A DNA stretch of 64,000 bases from IMG/VR virus record IMGVR_UViG_3300005528_000053. One strand, given 5' to 3'. The notes beneath the pieces were generated by a model. It searched no databases and had not been told where the DNA came from. It saw only the letters and a program-made list of their open reading frames with translations. The stretch's first letter is position 1. The number at the start of each line of letters is the position of its first letter. Below, one piece after another: positions 47,945 to 57,698 of the stretch. The position numbers were made by a program, and so were the translations under genes. This DNA comes from an uncultured virus (IMG/VR IMGVR_UViG_3300005528_000053). Lineage: Duplodnaviria > Heunggongvirae > Uroviricota > Caudoviricetes.

Positions 47945-49438
47945 ATGCCGTACACAATTGATAGATACAGTGGCGCTTTCGATCCAATAATCGTAGAAGA
48001 TGGCACTGTTGATAGCACTTTAGATATCAAGTTAGTTGGAAAAAACTATGCCGGATACGGAGAAGTGCAGAATGAAAACTTTGTACATTTGCTAGAAAAT
48101 TTTGCAGGCGGAACTGAGCCACCTCGAAAAATTGCCGGACAACTTTGGTATAATTCTAGCACTAAAAAACTTAATTACTTTGACGGTACACGATTTAAAG
48201 TCGCTGGCGGCTCTATTGCTAGTGGTCAAGAACCATCGGGATTAGTAGCAGGCGATTTTTGGTTTGATACAGACAACGACTTGTTATATGTTTGGAACGG
48301 AACAGAAAAAGTTCTAATTGGGCCACAGGGTATTGCCGGACAAGGCACTATTCAAATGAAGGCACTTGAAGTTACAGCAGATGACAATACTCTAAGATAT
48401 ATTATTGCAGGTATCGTAGAAGATATTGGAGTATTTACAGTAAGTTCTTCGGCCGATTTTGTATTATCGGAACCAGATAAACCTACTGAATTAGAATACT
48501 TTACTGAAATCAAAACAGGACTCACGCTAAGTGCCGATGCAGGATATAAGTATCACGGAGTAGCATCTGATGCTGATCAGTTAGGTGGAATCCCATCTTC
48601 AGATTATGTTACTAAATCCGGTGTAAATGCAGCGTTTACTAGCGTAGCATCATTTTCTAATTCTGGTTTTACTGTAGGAACTTCGACTCCTAAACTTGAA
48701 TGTTTAATGCAAGGGTCGGATCCTACAGTAAGAGCTACTGGCTCAAGTTTAACATTAGGTGTAGGTAATGCAAAACTTATGCAGATATTTCCAACTAAAA
48801 TTATGCCCGATGTTGGAAATACGTACGATATTGGTGACCCTGGAGCAAAGTATGCTGTAGTATATGCTACACAATTTAATGGTACTGCTACACAATCTAA
48901 TACTTTAAGAGAAGCCGGCGGCAGTTATGCAGCAGCTGATATTACCGGCACTTCCGGAACGATTGTTTGTAGAACCGATACTTCAGAAGTAATAGATGGT
49001 ACTACTATACCTCCAGGCTCAATCAAAGGCGAATATTTTACAGGTATTGCTTTACAAGCACAATTTGCTGACTTAGCAGAAAAATATCTAGCTGACAGTG
49101 ACTACATTGTAGGAACCGTAGTTACTGTAGGCGGTGACGCTGAAGTGACTGCATCACAAAGTGGTGACAGAGCACTAGGTGTAGTAAGTGGAAACCCTGC
49201 TTATATGATGAACAGTACACTAGAAGGCGGCACATACATTGCTTTAAAAGGAAGAGTGCCAGTAAAAGTGGTTGGTCCAGTAAACAAAGGTGACCGATTA
49301 ATTGCGGCCAACGATGGTTGTGCCGAAAGAGTTGCGGTAGGTAACACTATTAGCAAGGGAATTTTTAATATTTTCGCTATTGCCCTAGAATCAAACAATG
49401 ATTCTGGTGTCAAATTAGTCGAAGCAGTTATTTTATAA
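47945..49438 (+). CDS. Tail fibre protein with C-terminal chaperone/peptidase-G2-like domain
   Basis: Shared N-terminal motif; C-terminal ADLAEKY..GTVV..GVVS.NPAY.MN...ALKGRVPVKV.G...KGD; ATAAATA motif at 47917-47923. Confidence 0.72.
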   Translation: MPYTIDRYSGAFDPIIVEDGTVDSTLDIKLVGKNYAGYGEVQNENFVHLLENFAGGTEPPRKIAGQLWYNSSTKKLNYFDGTRFKVAGGSIASGQEPSGLVAGDFWFDTDNDLLYVWNGTEKVLIGPQGIAGQGTIQMKALEVTADDNTLRYIIAGIVEDIGVFTVSSSADFVLSEPDKPTELEYFTEIKTGLTLSADAGYKYHGVASDADQLGGIPSSDYVTKSGVNAAFTSVASFSNSGFTVGTSTPKLECLMQGSDPTVRATGSSLTLGVGNAKLMQIFPTKIMPDVGNTYDIGDPGAKYAVVYATQFNGTATQSNTLREAGGSYAAADITGTSGTIVCRTDTSEVIDGTTIPPGSIKGEYFTGIALQAQFADLAEKYLADSDYIVGTVVTVGGDAEVTASQSGDRALGVVSGNPAYMMNSTLEGGTYIALKGRVPVKVVGPVNKGDRLIAANDGCAERVAVGNTISKGIFNIFAIALESNNDSGVKLVEAVIL

Positions 49439-49450
49439 GGAATTGAAAAA

Positions 49451-50506
49451 ATGGCAAAAATTACAGCAGCACAATATAATGCTATTCAATCTTCAGTTGC
49501 ATCTATTTTAGGCACCGGTAGCGGGAATTCTGGTTATGGACAATCAGTAGCTTCTTCTCAAGTTGTGGCAGGATCAACTATTAGATTGAGTCAGTTTACA
49601 AATCTACGAAACGATTTGATAAGAATCAGAAATCACCAGGGAGTGGGTATTACTAACGGCTCCGGAGCAACTGGTAGTCCAGCTGGTTCCTATAATCAAC
49701 TTATTGTTCCAACAAGTACATCTGTTATTTCTGATGCGCTTAGAGTACAATATACCAACATGTCCGGACAAATTGCAACAGACAAACTAGTTAGACCAGC
49801 TGAGGCTAATTTAATAGTTTCAGTTATCAACAACACAGTAACGATCCCAGCTCAGTTTTCGCTAACAACATTAGCAAATGCGGCTGGTTCAAATTCAACT
49901 ACTGCTACTTTTAATGGTACTAGAGTTCATACTATTACTGTTACTGGCAGTACTGCTAATCCAGCAAGCGGTAATCAAGGGTCAACAACAGCTAACTCCG
50001 CTGCTAATCTAAGACATTTCTTTAATGCAGGCGGAAGTTTTAGATTTAGCGCAAGTCGTACCGGTGGATCAGTTAACAATAAAAACACCTACTGGACAGC
50101 ATTGCTTAATTTTGGAACAATTGAGTTTAGAGGAGATACTGTTACTGTTTCTACTGCTGGTTTGTATAGCGGTACAGTTACTACTAGTGTTAATTATAGA
50201 ACATTAACAACTAGCCCACAGACATTCTTTACTATTGCTGGTTCAGTTGTAACTGGTGCGACTAACACTCCGTACAATACTGCTTCTGTTACTATGACAG
50301 CTCAAAAAACAGCAGACAACTCGGGAATGACATTCATCATCACTTATAATGATGCTTCAGTTGGCGGCGGTGGCCCTAACGATGAACAAGTTGACGGAAC
50401 ATTTGCTAGTAACTGTGCTTTATTAAGACCGGTTGGAACTATTCAAACTTCCGGAACTAACAGTGTTACAATTGTCGCTCCAACAGTTACATCCACAATG
50501 ACTTAA
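49451..50506 (+). CDS. S/T/G/N-rich virion structural protein
   Basis: 351 aa with very few acidic residues, an RHFFNAGG motif and an AAGGA RBS; last gene before a terminator. Confidence 0.65.
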   Translation: MAKITAAQYNAIQSSVASILGTGSGNSGYGQSVASSQVVAGSTIRLSQFTNLRNDLIRIRNHQGVGITNGSGATGSPAGSYNQLIVPTSTSVISDALRVQYTNMSGQIATDKLVRPAEANLIVSVINNTVTIPAQFSLTTLANAAGSNSTTATFNGTRVHTITVTGSTANPASGNQGSTTANSAANLRHFFNAGGSFRFSASRTGGSVNNKNTYWTALLNFGTIEFRGDTVTVSTAGLYSGTVTTSVNYRTLTTSPQTFFTIAGSVVTGATNTPYNTASVTMTAQKTADNSGMTFIITYNDASVGGGGPNDEQVDGTFASNCALLRPVGTIQTSGTNSVTIVAPTVTSTMT

Positions 50507-50530
50507 TCAAGACTTTAGATTAAGGCTTAA

Positions 50531-50574
50531 AAAAAAGATAACTATACTTGCTTAGGCAGTATAGTTATTTTTTT
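50531..50574 (+). terminator. Probable intrinsic terminator (possibly bidirectional)
   Basis: 11-bp inverted repeat ATAACTATACT / AGTATAGTTAT (50538-50568), with an A-run before and a T-run after. Confidence 0.65.
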
Positions 50575-50583
50575 GGAGTAAAA

Positions 50584-50934
50584 ATGGACGACAAAGTTCA
50601 AAAAGCGTATGAAGTTGCCAATTATATGACAACTTTAGCTAATCAAAAGTCAATTTTAAAGCAAGAATTCAAACAAAATCTAGTTTATTTTTTCCAAGGG
50701 CACACGTTCCAAGTATCAAAAGATCTAATAACTTTTGTAAAAACTCTTATAGACTTGAAACAAGATACAGATGTGGTGCTTATAGATGATAACGACCTTC
50801 CCATCAAGATCAAAAATCTTAATGTGTTTTTAGAAGATATTCTAAATCAGTACTTTATGGCAGTTAACAGTTATCAAACCAAATATCAACAATTAAAACT
50901 TTCTAGAAAGGTTGAGAGTTTAGTTCAATTATGA
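50584..50934 (+). CDS. Hypothetical protein
   Basis: ATG at 50584 behind GGAG; overlaps the next gene (ATGA). Confidence 0.65.
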   Translation: MDDKVQKAYEVANYMTTLANQKSILKQEFKQNLVYFFQGHTFQVSKDLITFVKTLIDLKQDTDVVLIDDNDLPIKIKNLNVFLEDILNQYFMAVNSYQTKYQQLKLSRKVESLVQL

Positions 50935-51764
50935 CTAAGGGTGTCTTAATCTTTGCCTTCAATAACGAAACTATTGATTATGTTAAATTAGCCAAGCTGG
51001 CTGCTAGTAGAGTCGCACAATTTTTAAAGGTACCTGTTACATTAGTTACTGATGTACAAGTTGATAAAGAAAATTTATTTGACAATGTTATTCTTTTAGC
51101 GAAAGAATTGGGTCAAAAAAGATTATTTCATGACGGGTCTTTAAAAAACTTTGTCGATGAGTGGAATAATCTTTCTAGACACACCTGTTATGACCTAAGT
51201 CCTTACGATGAAACTTTAGTAATTGACTGCGATTATATAATTAACTCTGATTTTTTAAATTGTTGCTGGGGTAAGACTAGCGATTTTTTAATTTTTAAAG
51301 ATAGTTTTGATCTAGCTAGTTGGAGAAATATCAAAGAATTTAATCACATTAGTGAATATAGCATTGATTTTTATTGGGCCACTGTTTTTTATTTTAGAAA
51401 AACTGAAAAGAATCAATTATTTTTTAATTTAGTTGAATATATTAAAGATAATTGGAGCTATTATGTGATGATGTATCAAACATTAAGTTCAAATTATCGA
51501 AATGACATCGCGTATAGTATTGCGATACATATGTTTAATGGGTTTTCTAAAGAAAATTTTATAGAAATATTTCCAGCCAAAATAGCATATGTATTAGATA
51601 AAGATCATATCTTATCATTTGAAGATAATAAAATGACATTTTTATTAGAACATCCCTCGTCTGCTAATGAATACATTGTGTCCAAGACTGAAGGTATGGA
51701 TGTGCATGTTATGAATAAACTTAGTTTACTACGATTAATGGACAATAAGGAATTATATGTCTAA
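50931..51764 (+). CDS. Putative GT-A fold glycosyltransferase (GT8-like)
   Basis: LSPYDETLVIDCD (DxD motif), ATVFYF and NDIAYSIA. Confidence 0.65.
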   Translation: MTKGVLIFAFNNETIDYVKLAKLAASRVAQFLKVPVTLVTDVQVDKENLFDNVILLAKELGQKRLFHDGSLKNFVDEWNNLSRHTCYDLSPYDETLVIDCDYIINSDFLNCCWGKTSDFLIFKDSFDLASWRNIKEFNHISEYSIDFYWATVFYFRKTEKNQLFFNLVEYIKDNWSYYVMMYQTLSSNYRNDIAYSIAIHMFNGFSKENFIEIFPAKIAYVLDKDHILSFEDNKMTFLLEHPSSANEYIVSKTEGMDVHVMNKLSLLRLMDNKELYV

Positions 51765-52611
51765 AGGTCATGTTATTTTTGCTCAAAATTCTGATGTAAA
51801 CTATCTTAGACAGGCATACGCACTTGCATTAAGTATAAAATTACATAATAAAATAAATCAAGTTTGTGTTATTACTAATGACAAAGTACCCGAGCACTAT
51901 AAAAAAGTATTTGATTATATAGTCGAAATTCCGTGGAATGATGAAGCTAAAGACAGTGTTTGGAAAATTGAAAATAGATGGAAAATAATTTATGTAACAC
52001 CGTTTAAAGAAAATTTAGTTTATGACAGCGATATGCTATTGTTGAATTCTAATGATCATTGGTGGAATGTTTTAAAAAATAAAGATGTAGTGTTATCTAG
52101 CAACGTGTTTAATTATCGAGGTAATAAAATTACTTCTAATTATTATAGACAATCTTTTGAAGAAAATAAATTACCAAATACATATTTTGGATTACATTAT
52201 TTCAAAAAAAATGAAAGTTCTTTTGAATTTTATAAATGGTTAGAAATTTTAACAAAAAATTATCAGACCTTTTATCAAAAATTTTGTCCTAGCACTCAAC
52301 AAACTTGGGCTAGTATGGATGTTTCGTCGGCATTGATTTTAAAAATTTTAGATGTTGAGGAACAATGTACACTAAAAACTCTGTCAATCCCAACCTTTAC
52401 ACATATGAAACCAGCATTACAAGATTGGTCATTGTTGCCCTTTTCTTGGTATGATACTGTAAGTAGTGTGTTTACTGATCAATGCGAATTAAAAATAGGA
52501 AATATTTTGCAAAACGGTGTATTCCATTATGTAGAAGATGAGTTTTTAACACATGAGATTATTCAAAAACTTGAAAATAAATTAAAGAAAAATGCCGAAG
52601 AAAAAATATAA
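51757..52611 (+). CDS. Putative GT-A fold glycosyltransferase (paralogue of the upstream gene)
   Basis: AYALALSIK, TPFKENLVYDSDML (DxD motif) and FTHMKP. Confidence 0.65.
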   Translation: MSKGHVIFAQNSDVNYLRQAYALALSIKLHNKINQVCVITNDKVPEHYKKVFDYIVEIPWNDEAKDSVWKIENRWKIIYVTPFKENLVYDSDMLLLNSNDHWWNVLKNKDVVLSSNVFNYRGNKITSNYYRQSFEENKLPNTYFGLHYFKKNESSFEFYKWLEILTKNYQTFYQKFCPSTQQTWASMDVSSALILKILDVEEQCTLKTLSIPTFTHMKPALQDWSLLPFSWYDTVSSVFTDQCELKIGNILQNGVFHYVEDEFLTHEIIQKLENKLKKNAEEKI

Positions 52612-53143
52612 TCCAACAGACATATTTTTATATTTTAATGATAGCGGAGTTATAGAATCTATAAGTCCTGAATTAGAAGAATCTAAAAAATTTATAGCTT
52701 TAGACTTTGACGAACAGCAAAAATTTTCAAGTAGTGGATTTCAAATTGGTAATTGTATGATAACTTTTGCCGATGACGGTAGTTATGAAATTAAAGAAGT
52801 TGAAAAATCTATACCTCCTACAGTACACAGTTATATTCACATTATTAGACCAATGATTGATTCACGTGAAGAGTGCTTGATTCAAAGAATGTCCAATTGT
52901 TGGAGATTTAGACTTTCGCCTACAGTTAAAAAAAGAATATTAAGAGATCAAAATAGGAATATAAATTTCTATATTTGTAAAAAACAAGACATACACTTTT
53001 TAATTAGAACAATAAGATTTCAATTATATGATTTAGTTGAAAATGACTTTATCGAAGTTCCGTATGCTTACGAAAACGAAAACGATTTAACAAAGTTTTC
53101 AATGGTAACAGAACAGTATTTTAAAACATATGGATTATTATGA
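52592..53143 (+). CDS. Hypothetical protein
   Basis: 183-aa ORF overlapping both neighbours. Confidence 0.6.
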   Translation: MPKKKYNPTDIFLYFNDSGVIESISPELEESKKFIALDFDEQQKFSSSGFQIGNCMITFADDGSYEIKEVEKSIPPTVHSYIHIIRPMIDSREECLIQRMSNCWRFRLSPTVKKRILRDQNRNINFYICKKQDIHFLIRTIRFQLYDLVENDFIEVPYAYENENDLTKFSMVTEQYFKTYGLL

Positions 53144-54069
53144 CTAAAACTTTTAACATTATTGATTGCGATGTGATATATTTGAGCTATGACGAGCCAA
53201 ACGCTGAAAAAAATTATGCAGATTTGCTAACTAAATGCCCGTGGGCAAAGCGTGTACACGGTGTTGAAGGATCTGATTCAGCGCACAAGGCCTGTGCAAA
53301 ATTAGCAGACACCGAAAGAATCGTTATAATTGATGGAGATAACATAGTAAATCCTAAATTTTTTGAACAAACAATTGAAATTGATTCAGAAGAGTTATAT
53401 AATCGAAGTGTAGTGTCTTGGTGTGCATTAAATGTAGTAAACGGATTAATGTATGGAAACGGTGGGATCAAAAGTTGGCCCAGAGAGTTCGTGTTGAACA
53501 TGAAAACTCATGAAAACGCTGACGCTAATAATCCTCAAAGCCAAGTTGATTTTTGTTGGGATATTAATTACATAACATTAGACGAATGCATGAGTTGGGT
53601 GTATAATAATGCTACACCTTGGCAAGCATGGCGGGCCGGATTCCGTGAAGGTGTCAAAATGAGTTTGACACAAGGAGTTAAACTAGAAAATACTAAAAAA
53701 TTTATTCACAGTGTACATAAAAAGAATTATCATAGATTGTTAGCCTGGTTAAATGTTGGATCAGATGTAGAAAACGGTTACTGGGCAATGTTCGGGGCAA
53801 GACAAGGATGTTATATGACAAATTGTACTGATTGGGATTATGTAAATGTTAGAGATTTTAAATGGTTAAATCAATTTTGGGAAGATCAAAATGCAACACT
53901 GACTGAAGATCGTATGAAAGATGAAGTAGAAATTTTAGGAGAAAAACTTAAAAGCGAATTAGATATTCCTGTGAGTAGTCCGCTTGATCCAATACAGAGT
54001 AAATTTTTTAAAGAAGTGTTTACTAACCCTTCTAGAGTAACTACTGGTGCTAGAGTTGTTAAACGATGA
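53140..54069 (+). CDS. Putative GT-A-like glycosyltransferase
   Basis: YLSYDEPNA, RVHGVEG, IIDGDN (DxD motif), NGLMYGNGG and AWRAGFREGVKM. Confidence 0.6.
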   Translation: MTKTFNIIDCDVIYLSYDEPNAEKNYADLLTKCPWAKRVHGVEGSDSAHKACAKLADTERIVIIDGDNIVNPKFFEQTIEIDSEELYNRSVVSWCALNVVNGLMYGNGGIKSWPREFVLNMKTHENADANNPQSQVDFCWDINYITLDECMSWVYNNATPWQAWRAGFREGVKMSLTQGVKLENTKKFIHSVHKKNYHRLLAWLNVGSDVENGYWAMFGARQGCYMTNCTDWDYVNVRDFKWLNQFWEDQNATLTEDRMKDEVEILGEKLKSELDIPVSSPLDPIQSKFFKEVFTNPSRVTTGARVVKR

Positions 54070-54746
54070 TGTATGACATTGTGTTTATCAGCTACCAAGA
54101 ACCTAATGCTGAGGAAAATTACAAAAATTTACTAAACAACTTTCCAATGACAAAACGTGTACACGGAGTTAAAGGAATACATCAAGCACACATTGCCGCA
54201 GCACAGAAATGTTTAACTAAGATGTTTTGGGTTGTTGATGGTGATGCAAAAGTGTTAGAAGATTTTAATTTTGATTATAATGTTTCTAATCAGTATCTAG
54301 AACATGTTCACGTCTGGAGAAGTCTAAATCCAGTTAACGGACTAGTGTACGGATACGGAGGAATCAAACTTCTCCCAAGAAAACTAACTTTAAATATGGA
54401 TGTTTCTAAACCTGATATGACAACTAGTATTAGTAGACATTTTGTTCCAGTTTCCCAGGTTAGTAATATTACTGTTTTTAATACTGATCCGTTTAATACA
54501 TGGAAAAGTGCATTTAGAGAGTGTGTAAAATTAAGTAGTAAAGTAATTGATAGGCAAAAATCTAATGAGACTGAGGAAAGATTAAATGTTTGGAGATCAG
54601 TAGGATCTGATAAGCCTTATGGAGAATATGCAATTCGCGGTGCGCATGAGGGTACTAACTACGGAACTGAAAACAAAGGCAACGTTGATGCCTTAAAAAA
54701 AATAAACGACTTTATATGGTTAAAGGAAAAATTTGATGGAAATTAA
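54066..54746 (+). CDS. Putative GT-A-like glycosyltransferase (paralogue of the upstream gene)
   Basis: FISYQEPNA, RVHGVKG, VVDGDA, NGLVYGYGG and WKSAFRECVKL. Confidence 0.6.
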   Translation: MMYDIVFISYQEPNAEENYKNLLNNFPMTKRVHGVKGIHQAHIAAAQKCLTKMFWVVDGDAKVLEDFNFDYNVSNQYLEHVHVWRSLNPVNGLVYGYGGIKLLPRKLTLNMDVSKPDMTTSISRHFVPVSQVSNITVFNTDPFNTWKSAFRECVKLSSKVIDRQKSNETEERLNVWRSVGSDKPYGEYAIRGAHEGTNYGTENKGNVDALKKINDFIWLKEKFDGN

Positions 54747-55845
54747 AGATTTGTTGGATAGATTTGAACTGTTATTCAATACTAATGAACGAATATCTGA
54801 TTTACGCAGGTCTTATACTGATAAAGACTTTTCTAGTATTTTTAGATTATTAGATAATGAAGAATTAAGAAAAGCTGTAATGGAGAAAAATCTACACAGT
54901 ATTTTTAGACTTTTTGATGAGAATGAATATACTGAGGATATAAGAAAAGCAGTCATTGAAGAAAATATGTATAGTATTTTTAGAGTTATTCCTAATTTAG
55001 AAAACGATGGAATTGAAGAATTAAGAAAAGCTGTAACTGAAAAAAATTTACACAGTATTTTTAGATTAGTAGAAAATGAAGAATTAAGAAAGGCAGTTGT
55101 TGAAGAAAATTTATATAGTATTTTTAGGATTTGTAATAATGAAGAATTAAGAAAATTAGTACTAGAAGACAACGTTTGGAGTCTTTGGAAGATTTTATCT
55201 AACGAATTAGAAACACAGTTTGTTTCAGCATTTAAAAGTTTTTATATTGAACAAGTAAATTATGATGACGATTGTTTTTCTCGAGGACAACTAGCTAGCA
55301 AAATGTGGTTAATACATGAGCTAAAGAAACTTGATTTAGATTTAGGAACGGTATTTTTATGTGCAGGCTGGTACGGTACTCTTGCTGTAATGATGTTCGA
55401 AAGCAATTTAAAAATTAACAAAGTTAGAAGTTTTGATATTGATCCTAGTTGTGTTAAAATAGCAGAAAGATTTAATAAACCGTGGGAAATGGATTCGTGG
55501 AAATTTAAAGCTGGAATTGCTGACATTTTAAGCTTAAATTATAATAAGACAACTTACGATGTTTTTAAGCCAGACGGAACAACAGTAACTTTAGTAGATA
55601 TTCCTAATACGATAATTAATACTAGTTGTGAACATATAGGAAATTTTAATCAATGGTACGAAAGTATACCAGATGGGACACTAGTGATTTTGCAAACTAA
55701 CGATTATTTTGACATTGAAGATCACGTAAACTGTTCTAGTTCTTTGATTGACTTTACAGACAAAACTCCGATGAGAGATTGTCTGTACGAAGGTGAATTA
55801 GAATTACCAAAATATAGGAGATTTTTGAGAATTGGATATAAATGA
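54736..55845 (+). CDS. Class I SAM-dependent methyltransferase-like protein with N-terminal tandem repeats
   Basis: Rossmann-type motifs SKMWL, LCAGWYG, SFDIDP and INTSCEH; five SIFR..EELRKAV.E.N repeats at the N-terminus. Confidence 0.6.
   Translation: MEIKDLLDRFELLFNTNERISDLRRSYTDKDFSSIFRLLDNEELRKAVMEKNLHSIFRLFDENEYTEDIRKAVIEENMYSIFRVIPNLENDGIEELRKAVTEKNLHSIFRLVENEELRKAVVEENLYSIFRICNNEELRKLVLEDNVWSLWKILSNELETQFVSAFKSFYIEQVNYDDDCFSRGQLASKMWLIHELKKLDLDLGTVFLCAGWYGTLAVMMFESNLKINKVRSFDIDPSCVKIAERFNKPWEMDSWKFKAGIADILSLNYNKTTYDVFKPDGTTVTLVDIPNTIINTSCEHIGNFNQWYESIPDGTLVILQTNDYFDIEDHVNCSSSLIDFTDKTPMRDCLYEGELELPKYRRFLRIGYK
54835..55190 (+). repeat. In-frame degenerate tandem repeat
   Basis: AGTATTTTTAG at 54835, 54898, 54973, 55054 and 55117 (spacings 63, 75, 81 and 63 nt, all multiples of 3). 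Confidence 0.85.
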
Positions 55846-56056
55846 TTTTGATTTAAGAACTCTTCAAAAAGAATCTGCAAGAGCTCTAGTAGCTATAGAA
55901 GCTACCAACAATAATATTTTTAAATTTAACCAGCAGGCTCATCACGATAGCCAAAATTGGTATAAGGCTGTAATTGAATGGTATATCAACGAGTATGGTG
56001 GATTACCAAGTCATGTTGGTCCAGGAAAAGATGTTAAATTAGTTTTGGATAATTAA
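55832..56056 (+). CDS. Small hypothetical protein
   Basis: 74-aa ORF with a TTG start that fills the gap and is coupled by TAATG to the next gene. Confidence 0.55.
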   Translation: MDINDFDLRTLQKESARALVAIEATNNNIFKFNQQAHHDSQNWYKAVIEWYINEYGGLPSHVGPGKDVKLVLDN

Positions 56057-56427
56057 TGTTAGAATTTACCAAGCCATTAAAAATTTATTTGTTTAAAGAA
56101 ACTAACGAAGTTAGTTTAAGTATTCTTGTCAGCTCTAACACAGTAAACACTTACATGTTAAAGGTGGAAGATTTTGAAAAAATATTAGGATTTTGGAATA
56201 AAAAAGGTGGATGTCAAATACAAACTGATAATGCAGTTTGGCACATCCAATATAAAACTTCGGGACCTAGACCAGAGTCGAAACCTGCTGCATATGTTAG
56301 AATAGCAATATACTTAAAAAGTCAAGCATTTCATTATAGAGTAGATTACGATGATGTATATGAAATGCAAAAAGATTACTTTTATCAAAAAAATAATAAA
56401 ATGTATTGGGATAAGGAAACACAATGA
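56056..56427 (+). CDS. Hypothetical protein
   Basis: 123-aa ORF coupled on both sides. Confidence 0.6.
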   Translation: MLEFTKPLKIYLFKETNEVSLSILVSSNTVNTYMLKVEDFEKILGFWNKKGGCQIQTDNAVWHIQYKTSGPRPESKPAAYVRIAIYLKSQAFHYRVDYDDVYEMQKDYFYQKNNKMYWDKETQ

Positions 56428-57698
56428 ATCGAGAAGAATTTTTAAATAGATTTTCTCCAGGTACACATCCAACAATGTGTCCTTTGTTATTCAATCATTT
56501 TAGTACAGAAACTAAAGGACAAATAAAATTTTGTTGCGAAGCAAAGTATAATCCTGACATAGAAAAAGTTGACGGTAAGTCTACAAAGATTATAGAAATT
56601 TTTAATAATTCATACTACAACGAATCTAGAAAACGGATGATAAATGGAGAAAAACTTTCAGAATGTGAATCTTGTTGGATCAAAGAAAAACAAGGATTAG
56701 TTTCTAAACGATTAGAAGAGTGGAATGTCTTTCAACAAAATTATGATACTTCATTACCTGAAGATTTTTCTAATTGGGAAAAGTTTGATACAAAGTTAGT
56801 ACCCAGCTATTATAATTTGCAAGTAGCTAAAACTTGTAACTATGCTTGCATTATGTGTTCTACAGATTGGTCTTCTTTAATTACTTCTATAGGGCAAAAA
56901 ATGGGAGAAGAAAAAAAGACAATGTTGTTAAATCAACGATGGTGGTCTAATAATCCAGGAGAAGAACAATTAGATAAAAGTGAAACTTTTTGGGAAGGAC
57001 TTAAAGACATTGCAAATAAGTTAGAGCATCTGTATGTTACAGGCGGCGAACCTTTTATTATTAAACCTCTTTGGAACTTTATAACCTTTCTTGTTGAGCA
57101 AGGTTACTCATCAAACATTGTATTCTGGTGTAATACAAATACGTCTCAGTTTAGCGAATACCAATTAAATCTTCTTAAAAGTTTTAAAAGTGTAGAATTA
57201 AATTTAAGTATTGATGCGTATGGCGAATTGAATGAATATTTAAGAACGAGTTCAGATTGGAATAATATTGAAAAAAATGTTAACTTAGCGGTCAAACATG
57301 TAGACGATAATTTCCAACTTACTTTAGTACCTGTAGTCAGCGGGTTAAATGTAAGATATTTAGATAATTTAATTTATTGGTGGAAAAAAACACTTGGAGA
57401 TAAAAGATGTGTAATTAAACCAATTATACTCACTTGGCCACGATCAATGTCTATTAATGTTCTTCCAAAAAAATATATTATGAAGTCAAAACAATCTTTA
57501 ATTAATGTTATTAACGATTGTAATTTAGATTATAAATCAGACTTTCAAAATGTTTTTGATTTATTAGACAATCACGATTTTAGTACAAGAGCAAATAATA
57601 AGTTAAAAGAAGAATTTCTGTATTTTCAAGAAGCAGTAAATAAAGATTATTTAAAACAATTTAGTTATCTATTTGAACAAGATGATATACCACTATAA
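56424..57698 (+). CDS. Radical SAM protein with N-terminal Cys-rich (twitch/SPASM-like) region
   Basis: CNYACIMC (CxxxCxxC), TGGEP and an N-terminal C...CC...CESC. Confidence 0.88.
   Translation: MNREEFLNRFSPGTHPTMCPLLFNHFSTETKGQIKFCCEAKYNPDIEKVDGKSTKIIEIFNNSYYNESRKRMINGEKLSECESCWIKEKQGLVSKRLEEWNVFQQNYDTSLPEDFSNWEKFDTKLVPSYYNLQVAKTCNYACIMCSTDWSSLITSIGQKMGEEKKTMLLNQRWWSNNPGEEQLDKSETFWEGLKDIANKLEHLYVTGGEPFIIKPLWNFITFLVEQGYSSNIVFWCNTNTSQFSEYQLNLLKSFKSVELNLSIDAYGELNEYLRTSSDWNNIEKNVNLAVKHVDDNFQLTLVPVVSGLNVRYLDNLIYWWKKTLGDKRCVIKPIILTWPRSMSINVLPKKYIMKSKQSLINVINDCNLDYKSDFQNVFDLLDNHDFSTRANNKLKEEFLYFQEAVNKDYLKQFSYLFEQDDIPL

Noticed and set aside
43650..50506. Diversity-generating retroelement or invertible tail-fibre cassette
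   Set aside because: I saw no reverse transcriptase, recombinase, template/variable repeat pair or inverted crossover sites in the window.
54835..55190. Regularly spaced direct repeats resembling a CRISPR or guide array
   Set aside because: Units are degenerate at synonymous positions, spacings are all multiples of 3, the intervening sequences are themselves similar, and everything lies in frame within a CDS.
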